Assembly (NCBI RefSeq): GCF_963921235.1
Contig: NC_086109.1
Span: 9,178,001-9,242,000, forward strand
Direction: 5' to 3'
Length of the DNA stretch: 64,000 nucleotides
Origin: Mobula hypostoma
Taxonomy: Eukaryota
Positions 63,345 to 64,000 of this stretch are shown here, in pieces. The first letter of the stretch is position 1; each line of letters begins with the position of its first letter. The notes under the pieces were generated by a model. That model ran no database searches. It was given only the letters and a program-made list of their open reading frames with translations, and was not told the origin of the DNA. The translations under genes and the position numbers were made by a program.

Positions 63345-63750
63345 CTCCAAACCTTTCCTATTCGTGTACCCAACCAAATATAATAAATGTACCTGCAGTG
63401 CCACCTCATCCATATACCCATCACCCCCATGTGAAAAAGATTTCCCTTTTAACATAAAAATCTATCCCCTCTCACCTTAAACCATGACCTCTAGGGTTAA
63501 ACTCCTCAACCCTGGGGAAGAACACTGACCACCCAATCTTCAATCTTTACCAGGATTGGAAGGGTTGAGTGACAAGGAGAGGCTGGATATTCTGCGGCTT
63601 TTTGTCCCGGAGCGCAAGAGGTTACGTCTGCTTTTCTCAATTCTAATCTTCAGGGAATAATTGAGGCCTTAGATTGGCATATCCTAAATTTGTTAACTCT
63701 GTTGCAGTCTCTGAGAAGAACTTCAGTTCCTCAGCAAATTAGTTGTAACG

Positions 63751-63829
63751 CAGGTGTTCCCATTCCTGGGGTCCGCAGAACCCTGGCTACAGTATTGGTC
63801 CACAGCATAAAAAAAGCTGGGAATCCTTG
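63751..63829 (+). mobile_element. Buster-type MITE
   Basis: CAGGTGTTCCC...GGGAATCCTTG; TSD TTGTAACG / TTGTAATG. Confidence 0.75.
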
Positions 63830-64000
63830 TTGTAATGGGTGGCTGATAGTCAGCACAGCCCCAATGGGCCGATAGGCCTGTTTCTGTACTGTATCAGAAT
63901 CTGGTTTATTATCACCGACATAGTTTGTGAAATCTGTTGTTTTGCAGTGCGAAACAGTGCAATACATTAAAGATTTTAAAAACACAAACACGAGGAAATC

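Overview
Repeat-dominated eukaryotic DNA, intronic or intergenic. The repeat inventory (CR1 LINEs, Rex1/Babar LINEs, V-domain tRNA SINEs, Penelope-like elements, hAT/Buster, Tigger/pogo, Tc1, mariner, Harbinger) suggests a vertebrate, most likely a cartilaginous fish such as a ray; this is inference from family recognition, not a database result. I could not identify any host gene. Every ORF I recognise is a transposon remnant, and three candidate exons are reported at low confidence only. The most notable signal is a family of short Penelope-like terminal repeats carrying a minimal type-I hammerhead ribozyme motif (CAGUC-CUGACGA-A-GGGUCUCGGCCC-GAAAC-GUC-GACUG). Three young copies are fold-back palindromes with 12-17 bp target-site duplications (TSDs), a constant ~40-nt unpaired tail and variants shared between the two arms. 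A GIY-YIG endonuclease remnant ties the family to Penelope. Also seen: a ~460-bp composite block duplicated 11 kb apart, a Buster-type MITE at the same CR1 3' site twice, solo LTRs and many nested insertions. All coordinates were read by eye; ends without a TSD or terminal inverted repeat (TIR) are approximate.
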